Shown: positions 1 to 11,600 of the stretch, piece after piece | Layout: each line of letters begins with the position of its first letter | How positions within the stretch are numbered: position 1 is the first letter of the stretch | NCBI RefSeq assembly: GCF_044704955.1 | Contig: NC_091981.1 | Location: 71,734,001-71,798,000 of the forward strand | Direction: 5' to 3' | DNA from: Pristiophorus japonicus | Taxonomy: Eukaryota | Length of the DNA stretch: 64,000 nt | Translations under genes and position numbers: made by a program | Notes under the pieces: model-generated | Database searches by the model: none | Told to the model about the DNA's origin: nothing | Seen by the model: the letters and a program-made list of their open reading frames with translations, nothing else

Positions 1-2310
1 CCAAGGTGGATGACCTCACACTTTCCGACATTGTATTCCATCTGCCAAACCTTAGCCCATTCGTTTAACCTATCCAAATCTCCTTGCAGCCTCTCTGAGT
101 CCTCTACACAACCCACTTTCCCACTAATCTTAGTGTCATCTGCAAATTTTGTTGCACTACACTCTGTCCCCTCTTCTAGGTCATCTGTGTATATTGTAAA
201 CAGTTGTGGTCCCAGCACTGATCCCTGTGGCACACCACTAACCACTGATTTCCAACCTGAAAAGGACCCATTTATCCCGACTCTGCTTTCTGTTCGCCAG
301 CCAATTCTCTATCCATGCTAATACATTTCCTCTGACTCCGCGTACCTTTATCTTCTGCAGTAACCTTTTGTGTGGCACCTTATCGAATGCCTTTTGGAAA
401 TCTAAATACACCACATCCATCGGTACACCTCTATCCACCACGCTCGTTATATCCTCAAAGAATTCCAGTAAGTTAGTTAAACATGATTTCCCTTTCATGA
501 ATCCATGCTGCGTCTGCTTGATTGCACTATTCCTATCCAGATGTCCCGCTATTTCTTCCTTAATAGTTTCAAGCATTTTCCCCACTACAGATGTTAAACT
601 AACCGGCCTATAGTTACCTGCCTTTTGCCTGCCCCCTTTTTTAAACAGAGGCGTTACATTAGCTGCTCTCCAATCCACTGGTACCCCCCCAGAGTCCAGA
701 GAATTTTGGTAGATTATAACAAATGCATCTGCTATAACTTCCGCCATCTCTTTTAATACCCTGGAATGCATTTCATCAGGACCAGGGGACTTGTCTACCT
801 TCAGTCCCATTAGTCTGTCCAGCACTACCTCCCTAGTGATAGTGATCATCTCAAGGTCCTCCCTTCCCACGTTCCTATGACCAGCAATTTTTGGCATGGT
901 TTTTGTGTCTTCCACTGTGAAAACGGAAGCAAAATAATTGTTTAAGGTCTCAGCCATTTCCACATTTCCCATTATTAAATCCCCCTTTTCATCTTCTAAG
1001 GGACCAACATTTACTTTAGTCACTCTTTTCCGTTTTATATATCTGTAAAAGCTTTTACTATCTGTTTTTATGTTTTGCGCAAGTTTACCTTCGTAATCTA
1101 TCTTCCCTTTCTTTATTGCTTTTTTAGTCATTCTTTGCTGTTGCTTAAAATTTTCCCAATCCTCTAGTTTCTCACTAACCTTGGCCACCTTATATGCATT
1201 GGTCTTTGATTTGATACTTTCCTTTATTTCCTTGGTTATCCACGGCTGGTTATCTCTTCTCTTGCCGCCCTTCTTTTTCACTGGAATATATTTTTGTTGC
1301 GCATTATGAAAGAGCTCCTTAAAAGTCCTCCACTGTTCCTCAATTGTGCCACCGTTTAGTCCTTGTTTCCAGTCTACTTTAGGCAACTCTGCCCTCATCC
1401 CACTGTAGTCCCCTTTGTTTCAGCATAATACGCTCGTTTCTGACACAACTTCCTCATCCTCAATCTGTATTACAAATTCAACCATATTGTGATCACTCAT
1501 TCCGAGAGGATCTTTTATGAGGAGATCGTTTATTTTTCCTGTCTCGTTACACAGGACCAGATCCAAGATGGCTTGCTCCCTTGTAGGCTCTGTTACATAC
1601 TGTTCTAAGAAACAATCTCGTATGCATTCTATGAATTCCTCCTCCAGGCTACCCCCTGCGATTTGATTTGACCAATCGATATGTAGGTTAAAATCCCCCA
1701 TAACTACTGCCGTTCCTTTTTCACATACCTCCATTATTCCCTTGATTATTGCCCGCCCCACCATGAAGTTATTATTTGGGGGCCTATAAACTACACCGAC
1801 CAGTGACTTTTTCCCCTTACTATCTCTAATCTCCACCCACAATGATTCAACATTTTTTTCATTGGAGCCAATATCATCCCTCACAACTGCCCTGATATCA
1901 TCCTTTATTAACAGAGCTACCCCACCTCCTTTCCCTTCTTGCCTATCTTTCTGAATCGTCAGATACCCCTGTATGTTTAATTCCCATTCTTGGCCACCTT
2001 GCAACCATGTCTCTGTAATGGCCACCAAATCATACCCATTTGTAATGATTTGTGCCGTCAACTCATTTATTTTATTTCGAATGCTGCGTGCATTTAGGTA
2101 GAGTGTTTTCATCCTAGTTTTTAAACCATGATTTTTAGTTTTTACCCCTCCTGCAGCCCTTTTATATTCAGTGGCCCTTTTTGTTTCTTGCCTTTGGTTT
2201 CTCTGCCCTCCATCCTCAGCATCGCGGATGCTCCAGAGTGAATCCATGTGCAGCTCCAGTGCCGCAATGTGGTGTGACAGGAGCTGCAACTGGATACACT
2301 TCCTGCACAT
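1..2310 (-). mobile_element. CR1 LINE: ORF2 (APE endonuclease + RT N-half) with frameshifts, plus a small ORF1 fragment; runs off the left edge
   Basis: ORF 1420-2310 has APE motifs (YLNARSIRNK, AITETWL, GDFN, SDHN). ORF 238-1398 has RT motifs (KSPGPD, NYRPVSLTS, QHGF, LDFQKAFDKVPH). Confidence 0.95.
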
Positions 2311-2840
2311 GTTAAAAAAGCATATGGATTCCTTGGATCGATGAGGCTAAATCTTTATAAAATGGTTATGTCTCAGCTGGAGTATTGTGGACGATTCTGG
2401 GCACCACACTTCATTAAAGATGTAAAGGCCTTAGAAAGGGTACAGAGGAGGTTTACCAGGGTGTTACCAGGGATGAGGGACTTCAGTTATGAAGAGTGGT
2501 TGGAAAGGTTAGGACTGATCTCTTTGCACAGAGGTGTTTCAAGGCGATAGGTTTTGCAAGGATCAATAACCAGAGGACATGGATTTAAAATCATTGACAA
2601 AAGATCTAGAAGGGATATGAGGAGAATTTTTTTCACTGAGTTTTCAGAATCTGGAACGCTCAACCTGAAAAGGTGGTAGAAGCTGATTCCATAAGTAATT
2701 TTAAAAGGGAGTTGGACAGGTACTTGAGTTTGAGGAACTTGTAGGTATAGACAAAATGTGGGGGCGAGGGTCTAAGCATGACTGCTCTTTCAAAGAATGA
2801 GCACAGGTACTATAAATCTATGTTTCTATAAATCTATGAT
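2311..2840 (+). mobile_element. Old 5'-truncated CR1 3' fragment
   Basis: LEYCGRFWAPH..KDVKALERVQRRFTR, followed by degraded CR1 3' sequence and a (tctatg/tttcta)-like tail. Confidence 0.85.
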
Positions 2841-5459
2841 GTGCAAATTTTGCATATGTGCAGTGTTGAACTGTTGAAAACTTCAAATTGATCAAAAATC
2901 TCTTAATCATAAGATGAGTGAAAATGAGGTGGACATTTGTCACATTTTAGCTCATCCACCTGGACGCATCCTAAAAGCCGCCCCACCCACCTCACAGATG
3001 CCTAGCAACCCGCAGTATTTAAGTTACTTTTTTTTTCCTTCCCTGCCATCCTAAAAGTTCATTCTAAGTGTTTGGATGCAAAATCTTCATGCCAATGATC
3101 CCAAATTTGCCTTTTTAGTTCCCTATGTCCTTGAGTCATGTTCATCTTCAAGTGTTCCAGATTTAACTTTTCGAAACTATTTACTATCTTTTAACTTCTC
3201 CTAACATCCCCTTTCAGTTCACCATGCAGGGCTACAAGTCCTACTTTTCTCCATGATTTTTGAGAATTTTAAAAACTTTGTGGCTCTTCTCTGCACAGTT
3301 TCAGACTTGAATGCCTCCTTTTGTTTCCTGGTAACTAAAACTGGAGATATTGTTCAACATTGGGGCTGGAAATATTTTAAGGGAATCACGGATACATTTT
3401 TGATGGGCAGGGTTATTGATGTCTATTGGAGATGAATATTACTATGATTCTTGGAAATCAGCCTAATGAATGGAAATCAATTGGAATATCTGGGAGGGTA
3501 GAAAGGAGGGAGGGATGAGGTTTGTTTGTAAGTATGTCTGTTGCTCCACCTTGGCTAACCATAGTCTCCTGGAACTTGCTCAATTTCCTTGGGTAGTTGT
3601 AGGAATTTCCCAGCTTTTTTCCTGATATTGGCCACAGTTTTGATTAATTTTTCCGGCCCTAGGATTAGTATTACTAGGGAAGCTGGGGTATGAGATTGCG
3701 CCATCTAATCAGTCAGATCAACATGGATTGGGCCTTTCTTTACATATGCAACAAACTTCAACCTTACTTGATGAGGTAGAATAATGTATTTAAATTTGGA
3801 CAGAAATAAAGAATTTGTAAAGAATGTTGGAGTCGTGTTCCTGACATTTAGATTACAGATCCAGAAACAGAACATGTGCCTTCAGAATGTGCTTCTACAG
3901 TTATCAAATTGTTTCTTTTCTGCACTGCAGTGGATTGACTCAAATTTCATGTGGTGGAGATGTGGCTCCATTCACAACCACCCTTTGCTTTCTCTGGTTT
4001 AGCCAGTTTTCAATAGGGTTCCCAATCCTCTTGGAATGACCAGGAGTCAGGAATTGGTAAGGAGCTCAAATTGGGAGAGGCTCGACAATTGTGGGGACAG
4101 ATGGAGATTAGGGAATGGGAGCTCTGGAAGAGATGGGGCTTTTAATCAGGGATGCTCAATTGGGTGGGTGTAGGTACTAGCATTTCCTGCAGAGCCGAGA
4201 GCAGCATCAGCAAAATGGTGAGTTGGGAGTGGTCCTGCGAAGAGCAGCCTGTAAAGGGGAAACCTGAAGACCTTACTGTGGGTAAATAGTGAAAGATTGT
4301 TTCTACCAGTGGGCCAATGAGAAACCAGGGAATGGATACCAAGGACTCACTTAGAACTAATGGGAAAGGGAGGAGAAAGATTCTTCAACTGAGGGCTATT
4401 AAACTATGGGATTCTTCACCACTTGTGGCGCTAGAGGTAGAGCCCAAATGTTAATTTAAAAAGGGAAAGGGATAAATATTCGAAAAGGAGGAATATCGAA
4501 GTAACTTGGGAATGGGGTTACAGGAGAGAATCGGTTTCAGGGCCGGATGGTCTCCACCTGTGCTATAATTTCTATAATTCTATGAAAACTCTCCTTGATT
4601 GTGACTAAGCCCAGGGAGTGGTTTAGAAATGTTGGTGCTGTGCTGAGTTTTGGACAATGTGCCCTGAGAGAAGAGCCCAAAACACTGCCCTTCGAGAGAT
4701 CTGGGTTGTTCAGGCAGGTGTTTGTACCAGTTGGTTTTAACATGTGAAGTCCAAGTGCAGATCAGATCTGACCCAGTGTCCAAGTTCAGAGTTGTCACCT
4801 TTGAATGGAGTTGTATTCCAAGGAGATGGGAAGAGATATTGGGCCTATTAAAAGTGGCATTGTCTGGGGAGCCTGACCACATCTTTTGTAACTGAGTTAT
4901 TGTATTGCTGTTGGTTGAGGGGTATCTGAGTGGTGCCACTCTTACTACTGGTTTTCAGTTCCACCTCAGTGAGCTACCATTAGTTACAGGTAGCATCAAA
5001 GTTACTCCCACCTCTGGTTTCTCCTCTGTGAATCACTTCCCCACCCTCAGTTTCCCCTTTCCCTTCTTCACCTGCTCATGGGGGACCTCCTGGTTCTTGG
5101 AACTTCACAACAGTTGCTGGTGCAAAACCATGAGCAAAGATACTCAGCTACAGGGACCCAAGATTTATAAGGTAAACGCAATAACATTTGTAAATGTCAT
5201 GTGGTCAGACCTCCAGCAATGCTGCCAACCAGAGCTGATGACCCCTAATTTTCAATCCACCTCAAACTTGCCTGTTCCACTGTTCCTGCCATGTGGACTA
5301 ATCACATGTGTGGCATGGTTTCAAAAGTCTTGTTGACATTTAAATAATCACATCCACTGAATCTGTATTATTAACAAAACCCAACATCTCCTCAAAAATC
5401 TCTGGTTAATTTGTTAGGCAAGACCTTCCTCCAATAAATCAATGCTGGCTCCCCCTCTC

Positions 5460-6310
5460 CATACAGAGAGATATCAATGTATTGGCCAGGTGGCAGAACA
5501 GTGGCAAATGGAATTCAATTCGGATAAGTGTGAGGTCATGCATTTGGGGAGGTCTAATAAGGCAAGGGAATACACATTAAATGGTACGACACTGAAAAGT
5601 CCACATGCAGGTCCACATATCCCTGAAGGTAGCAGACCAGGTAGATAAGGTGGTTAAGAAGGCATATGGAATACTTGACTTTATTAGTCGAAGCATGGAA
5701 TACATGAGCAAGGAGGTTATGCTTGAACTGTATAAAACACTGGTTAGGCCGCAGCTGGAGTACTATGCAGTTCTGGTCACCACATTACAAGAAAGATATG
5801 ATTGCACTGGAAAGGATCAGAGGAGATTTACAAGAATGTTGTCTGGACTGGAATTTTGGCTATGAAGGAAAGATTGGAGATGCTCGGTCTGTTTTCTTTG
5901 GAACAGAGGAAGCTAAGGGGAGATCTGATTGAGGTGTATAAAATTATGAGGCCTCAATAGAGTGGATAGGAAGGACCTGTTTCCCTTTACAGAGGGGTCA
6001 ACAACCAGGGGACATAGATATAAAGTAATTGGGGGGAGGTTTAGAGGAGATATGAGAGGAAATTTCTTCACCCAGATGGTGGTGGGGGTCTGGAACTCAC
6101 TTCACTGCCTGAAAGGGTGGTAGAGGCAGAAAGCTTTCACCACATTTAAAATATACTTGGATGGGCACTTAAAATGTTGTAACCTACGGCTATGGACCAA
6201 GAGCTGGAAAGTGGGATTAGGCTGGATAGCTCTTTGTTGGCCAACGCGGACACGATGGGCCGAAATGTTCTCCTACCGTGCTGTAAATTTCTGTGACTCT
6301 ATGATTCTCT
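5460..6310 (+). mobile_element. CR1 3' fragment
   Basis: WQMEFNSDKCEVMHLG and LYKTLVRPQLEY; tail 'ttctgtgactctatgattct' near 6290-6310. Confidence 0.9.
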
Positions 6311-6349
6311 GCCATACCTTGTCTTTGTCTTTGTTTCACTATCCCCTAT

Positions 6350-6655
6350 TTAAGGAGCTAGAATTCGAGGCAAATAAATTACCAGGCCTTGATCACATGC
6401 ATTCTAGATTGTTAAAGAAAGTTAGAAAGATTCTGACTATAATTTATCATCCTTCTTGGATGCATAAGGACTAGAGGGTAGCAATACAAAATCTCTGTTT
6501 GATTGGAAGATGAGGATAACCCAGGCAAATTATAGGCAAGTTCGTCTTAACGTTAGTTGTGGGCAAACTCTTAAAATTCATAGTTCAAGATAAAATTAGT
6601 GAGCATTTACAAATACATGGGAAAATTGAGGATAGCCAGCATGAATTTGTTGTGC
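6350..6655 (+). mobile_element. Very degraded CR1 RT fragment
   Basis: KLPGLDHMHSRLLKKV and remnants of NYR..SL..V and SQH.F. Confidence 0.6.
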
Positions 6656-7284
6656 CACAACAAATATTAGAATTGCTTTCCTTAGTTTCTTTCTAAAGAT
6701 TCATGGTGCTACATACTTTTCAAATCCTGGGCACTACTCTCATTTTTAATGATTCCCTAAAGGCCTTGACCAATTTCATAGCCACTTTAAGCAACCTTGT
6801 GTGAAGTCCTGCCAGGCCTAGTACTATGAATTCCTTTAACTTTCTCCATTTGCTTGATTTTATTATTTCATTTCTTTCACCAATTCTATTTTCTCTGACC
6901 CCTTTTGAGACATTCCATGTGGGAGAGATTAGTACCATATTGTCACCCTAAATAACAGCAAATGGTATTAGCCTTACTGTTATTTTGACAACAAAATACG
7001 TGCCAATAGAAAAAAAAAGGTCTAAGGATTTGGAGCCAAGGCAGGTGGATGGTAAGTTACAGATCTGCCATGATCCAGTTGAATGGCAGAACAGGTTCGA
7101 GAGGCTGAATGGCCTACTCGTGTCCTTGTGTGCCCATGTTCCTATGTCAGTTGATACCAATTTGATTGTCTTGGCTTTTGCAGCAAGATAACATATTTGT
7201 AGAATCAAACAGCTGGTCAAGATTTCTTTATTTTTTTTCAATCCTGCTGAGTACAACTTTTAATATTTTGCTTATTTCTAAAAG

Positions 7285-7384
7285 GTTGCAGAAATTGAAC
7301 ATGTTCGAGGAGGCAGTTGTCAAGGAACTGAAGAACTTTGAGGAAGATACACAAACTTTGAAGAACTTGGAAGAAGAAACCTTA
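7285..7384 (+). CDS. SYCP2L: SYCP2-like protein, coding exon (C-terminal coiled coil): (R)LQKLNMFEEAVVKELKNFEEDTQTLKNLEEETL
   Basis: Acceptor ttctaaaag at 7284 and donor gtatgt at 7385. The peptide resembles the recalled SYCP2/SYCP2L C-terminal pattern (KLxxF..I..EL.NFE.D.Q.LK.LE.E). Confidence 0.75.
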
Positions 7385-7469
7385 GTATGTGGTCATTTTA
7401 TTTTTAATAAAGTGTACTCTTTCTTCCCACCTACCACATAATAAAGGTTTAATTTCTCTCCAAAAACAG

Positions 7470-7528
7470 AACTTTTGGAAGCAGCAGTCTCTCAAGTTCT
7501 CTCAATTTTATGAAAACCAAGAGCAAAG
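7470..7528 (+). CDS. SYCP2L: SYCP2-like coding exon: NFWKQQSLKFSQFYENQEQ(R)
   Basis: Follows an 85-nt GT-AG intron and is in frame with the previous exon. Donor gtgagg. Matches the recalled SYCP2-family 'FW..Q...F..F...QQR' motif. Confidence 0.75.
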
Positions 7529-7599
7529 GTGAGGTCATGTGTACTTCTGTTGATTTTGTGTATTTTTTTTCTTTTTCTGTGTCCATCTGTCTCGCTGAA

Positions 7600-7960
7600 G
7601 AAAAGCAGCTTACATTCATATAGTGTCTTTAATGTAGTAAAATATGCCAAAGCACTTCACATGAGGGTAATCAGACAAAAATGAGGGTAATCAGACAAAA
7701 AGGAGGAGACAGATTGTTCAAAGAGGTGGATTTTAAGAAGTGTCTTAAGGAGGGCATTCCAGAGCTTAAGGCCTAGACAACTGAAGGCACTGCCACCAAT
7801 AATGGGGTGAAAGAAGACAAGGATGCACAAGAGGCCAGAGGAAGAAACAGAGATCCCAGAGGAGTGTAGGGCTGAAGTATGTTAGCGATCGGGTGAATGA
7901 GATCATGAAGGGACTTGGATCAGAAGGATGAGAATTTTAAATTTGAGGACAGGTGGGCAG
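7600..7960 (-). mobile_element. L2-like LINE 3' fragment; includes an exact 20-bp tandem duplication at 7661-7700
   Basis: Similar to the other L2 3' ends at 30840-31290 and 37430-37800 (aaagaggt..ttttaag.ag, ttccagagctt, gaaggcac). Confidence 0.65.
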
Positions 7961-8569
7961 TCAGATGCCTAGCAAGACCACCTCTTGGGTTGGTGGATCC
8001 CTGCTGCAGTGGTCACTTCTGCTACGTCATCCTGCGAGCTGTTGGAGGTCTTGGGCTAGTAACCAGCATTGATCCATCTCGGAGGTTAAAACTTGACCAG
8101 GGTGTTTGGCCACAGCCAGCATTAATCCACCTGGAAGAAGTCTCCCCACCTAACTGCCTGCTTTCTCCTCCCGGTCACCTATTTTTATACTTTATTTCAA
8201 TGGCCAGAGGGAGGGCATCACCAACAGTCCCGTCCCCTCCTGCTGAAGTCAGCTTCTCCCCTATCTCTGTGCTAGTTTATTGTCTTATTGGCTCCACACT
8301 GTCTTCTCTAGGCACCTGTAGGAGCATCTTGTTTATTCTACCGCTTGGGCTGTCCTCCTTTATCACTTCAAGTATGTGTAGGGAGGTCTTGTCCTTGTTA
8401 ACCTCTAGACCTTTGTTCTTATCAGATCTTCGCTGACATTCCTTTAGCCAGCTTTCAGCTGCTGGGTTGCAAAGCCTGTTTTTCACAGGTTTATTATCCC
8501 TTTATAACTTTAAGATTTCTTTGGATTTAAGACCCAACTTTGCGGTTTAAAGATTTCTTACAATTCTAC

Positions 8570-8830
8570 CCTACATAAACTTGATGTGATCCAATACTTG
8601 GCTGCCCATGTCCTAACCCGCAGCAAATCCCGCTCACCCATCACCCCTGTGCTCACTGACCTACATTGGCTCCCGGTTAAGCAACGCCTCGATTTCAAAA
8701 TTCTTATCCTTGTTTTCACCCCTCCCTATCTCTGTAATCTTCTCCAGCCCCACAATCCCCCAAGCTATCTCCGCTCCTCTATTTCTGCCTTCTTGAATAT
8801 CCCTGATTATAATCACATAACCATTGGGGA
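8570..8830 (+). mobile_element. L2-clade LINE 3' ORF2 fragment
   Basis: AAHVLTRSKSRSPITPVLTDLHWLPVKQRLDFKIL, the characteristic HITPVL..LHWLP motif. Confidence 0.85.
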
Positions 8831-10700
8831 GAGGGGAGAGAGGCTGGAGGGAGGGGATGGGGAGGGGGGGGGGGGAGGAGAGCAAGAGGATGGGGAGATT
8901 GGTGGGTGAGAGAGGGAGAGATCGGAGGGGGGGGGAAGAGAGGTGGTCAGCAACTTGGTGGAGAGGCGGGTAAAGGGTACAGAGAACACTGAGGATGGTG
9001 GAAGAATGTGATCCAGGTCTAAGGTGGGGGGGTTGAGAGCGAGGATATGATCCAGATGGTACGGCACTGTCACGATTAATTTCATATCCAATAAACCTGT
9101 TAACAATCTGTGACCCCCACACACTGTTCCATCTATGGTGGTGGGGGCAGGGGGGTAGAGGTCGGAAACTTTGGGGGGTGGGGGGAGATGTTCATGAATC
9201 TGTGGGGGAGAAACTTGGGCAGGTGAAGATGGTCAGAATTCTAGGTGTGGGGAAAAGTTGTCAGGAACTTGGCCAAGGGGTGGGAGAGGTCAGAAACTTG
9301 AGCGGGTGGTGCGGGGGAAACACAGAAACATAAAAAATAGGTGCAGGAGTAGGCCATTCAGCCCTTCGAGCCTGCACCACCATTTGATGAGATCATGACT
9401 GATCATTCCCTCAGTACCCCTTTCCTGCTTTCTCTCCATACCCCTTGATCCCTTTAGCAGTAAGGGCCATATCTAACTCCCTCTTCAATATATCCAATGA
9501 ACTGGCATCAACAACTCTCTGCGGCAGGGAATTCCACAGGCTAACAACTCTGTGTGAAGAAGTTTCTCCTCATCTCAGTCCCAAATGGCCTACCCCTTAT
9601 CCTAAGACTATGTCCCCTGGTTCTGGACTTCCCCAACATCGGGAACAACCTACCTGCATCTAACCTGTCCAGTCCCGTCAGAATCTTGTATGTTTCTATG
9701 AGATCCCCTCTCATCCTTCTAAACTCCAATGTATAAGGGCCCAGTTGATCCAGTCTCTCCTCATATGTCAATCCTGCCATCTTGGGAATCAGTCTGGTGA
9801 ACCTTCACTGCACTCCCTCAATAGCAAGAACGTCCTCCTTCAGATTAGGAGACCAAAATTTAACACAATATTCCAGGTGAGGCTTCACCAAGGCCCTGTA
9901 CAACTGCAGTAAGACCTCCCTGTTCCTATACTGAAATTCCCTAGCCATGAAAGCCAACATACCAGTTACTGCCTGCTGCACCTGTATGCCAACTTTCAAA
10001 GACTGATGAACCATGATACCCAGGTCTCGTTGCACCTCCCCGTTTCCTAATCAGCCACCATTCAGATAATATTCTGTCTTCGTGTTTTTGTCCCCAAAGT
10101 GGATACCCTCACATTTATCCACATTCTACTGCATCTGCCATGCATTTGCCCACTCACCTAATCTGTCTAAGTCACCCTGCAGCCTCTTAGCGTCCCCCTC
10201 ACAGCTCACACCGCCACCCAGTTTAGTGTTGTCTGCAAACTTGGAGATATTACATTCAATTCCTTCATCCAAATCATTGATGTATATTGTAAAGAGCTGG
10301 GGTCCCAGCACTCAGCCTGCGGCACTCCACTGGTCACTGTCTGCCATTCTGAAAAGGACCCGTTTATCCCGACTCTCTGCTTCCTGTCTGCCAACCAGTT
10401 CTCTATCTACGTCAGTATATTACCCCCAATACCATGTCCTTTGATTTTGCACACCAATCTCTTGTGTGGGACCTTGTCAAAAGCCTTTCGAAAGTCCAAA
10501 TACACCACATCCACTGGTTCTCCCTTGTCCACTCTACTGGTTACATCCTCAATTTCCAGAAGATTTGTTGATCTTAATTTCCCCTTGGGGGGGGGGGGGG
10601 GGGAGGGAAAGGGTCAGAAACTTGGACTGGGGGACGAGGTCAGAAACTTGGATGGAGGGGGGGTCGGGCAAGAACTTCTTTGGGGGGTGGGGGAAGGACT
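8826..10700. repeat. G-rich degenerate minisatellite (GGTCAGAAACTTGG core between G-runs), split by a CR1 insertion
   Basis: Core variants near 8945, 9160, 9231, 9260, 9288, 10611 and 10638. Confidence 0.6.
9320..10570 (-). mobile_element. 5'-truncated CR1
   Basis: Tail 'cacagaaacataaaaaatagg' at 9321; minus-strand RT motifs ISKFADNTKL and PHLEYCVKFWSP. Confidence 0.95.
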
Positions 10701-10959
10701 TGATCTGTGAATAAGCCCTATCTGTTCCAACTGAGCTCTGTTCTGTCTGGAGTCGACAGTCAGAATGGCTCGAATTTGTCTTTGGGTGTGTCTTACCCTC
10801 CAAAGGGACCAATCAGGACTTGTCAAGGGGGCCCAATCAGAGCTTTCGGTGTTGCAAATTAATGCGTCCTATATAAATACAGGTTTGACACTTTTTAATT
10901 TTTGTGAGCTAGCAATAAGTTTTTATGAGACAAGATTGCAATGCATGGGGGAATATCTC

Positions 10960-11600
10960 TGATCAAGGTGCCACATAAAAGGTTACTGCACAAGATAAGA
11001 GCTCACGGGGTTGGGGGTGATATATTAGCATGGATAGAGGATTGGCTAACTAACAGAAAACAGAGCCGGGATAAATGAGTCATTTCCTGTTGGCAAACTG
11101 TAACTAGTGGGATGCTACAGGGATTAGTGCTGGGGCCTCAACTATTTACAATCTATATTCATGACTTGGATGAAGGGATCAAGCATAATGTAGCCAAATT
11201 TATTGATACAATGATAAGTGGGCAAGCAAGTTGTGAAGTGGACACACAGAATCTGCAAAGGGATATAGATAGCTAAGTGAGTGGGCAAAAATTAGGCAGA
11301 TAGAGTATAATGTGGGAAAATGGGAAGTTATCCACTTTGGTAGGAAAAATAAAAAAGCAAATTATTATTTAAATGGGGAAAGATTACAAAATGCTGTGGT
11401 ACAGAGGGATCTGGGGGTCCTTGTACATGAAACACAAAGTTAGCATGCAGGCACAGCAAGTAATCAGGACAGAAAATGGAATGTTGGCCTTTAATGCAAG
11501 GTGGATGGAGTATAAAAGCAGAGAAGTCCTGATCCAACTTTACAGGGCATTGGTAAGATCACACCTGGAGTACTGCGTACAGTTTTGGTCTCAGTTCTGC
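10960..11600 (+). mobile_element. CR1 RT fragment
   Basis: KVPHKRLLHKI; QLYRALVRSHLEYCVQFW. Confidence 0.9.

Noticed and set aside
2850-5450. Possible additional upstream host exons
   Set aside because: No exon with convincing splice sites and SYCP2-like translation; contains only very old repeat remnants
7166-7441. 91-aa single-exon ORF
   Set aside because: Only 7285-7384 is exon; the flanks are intron read-through
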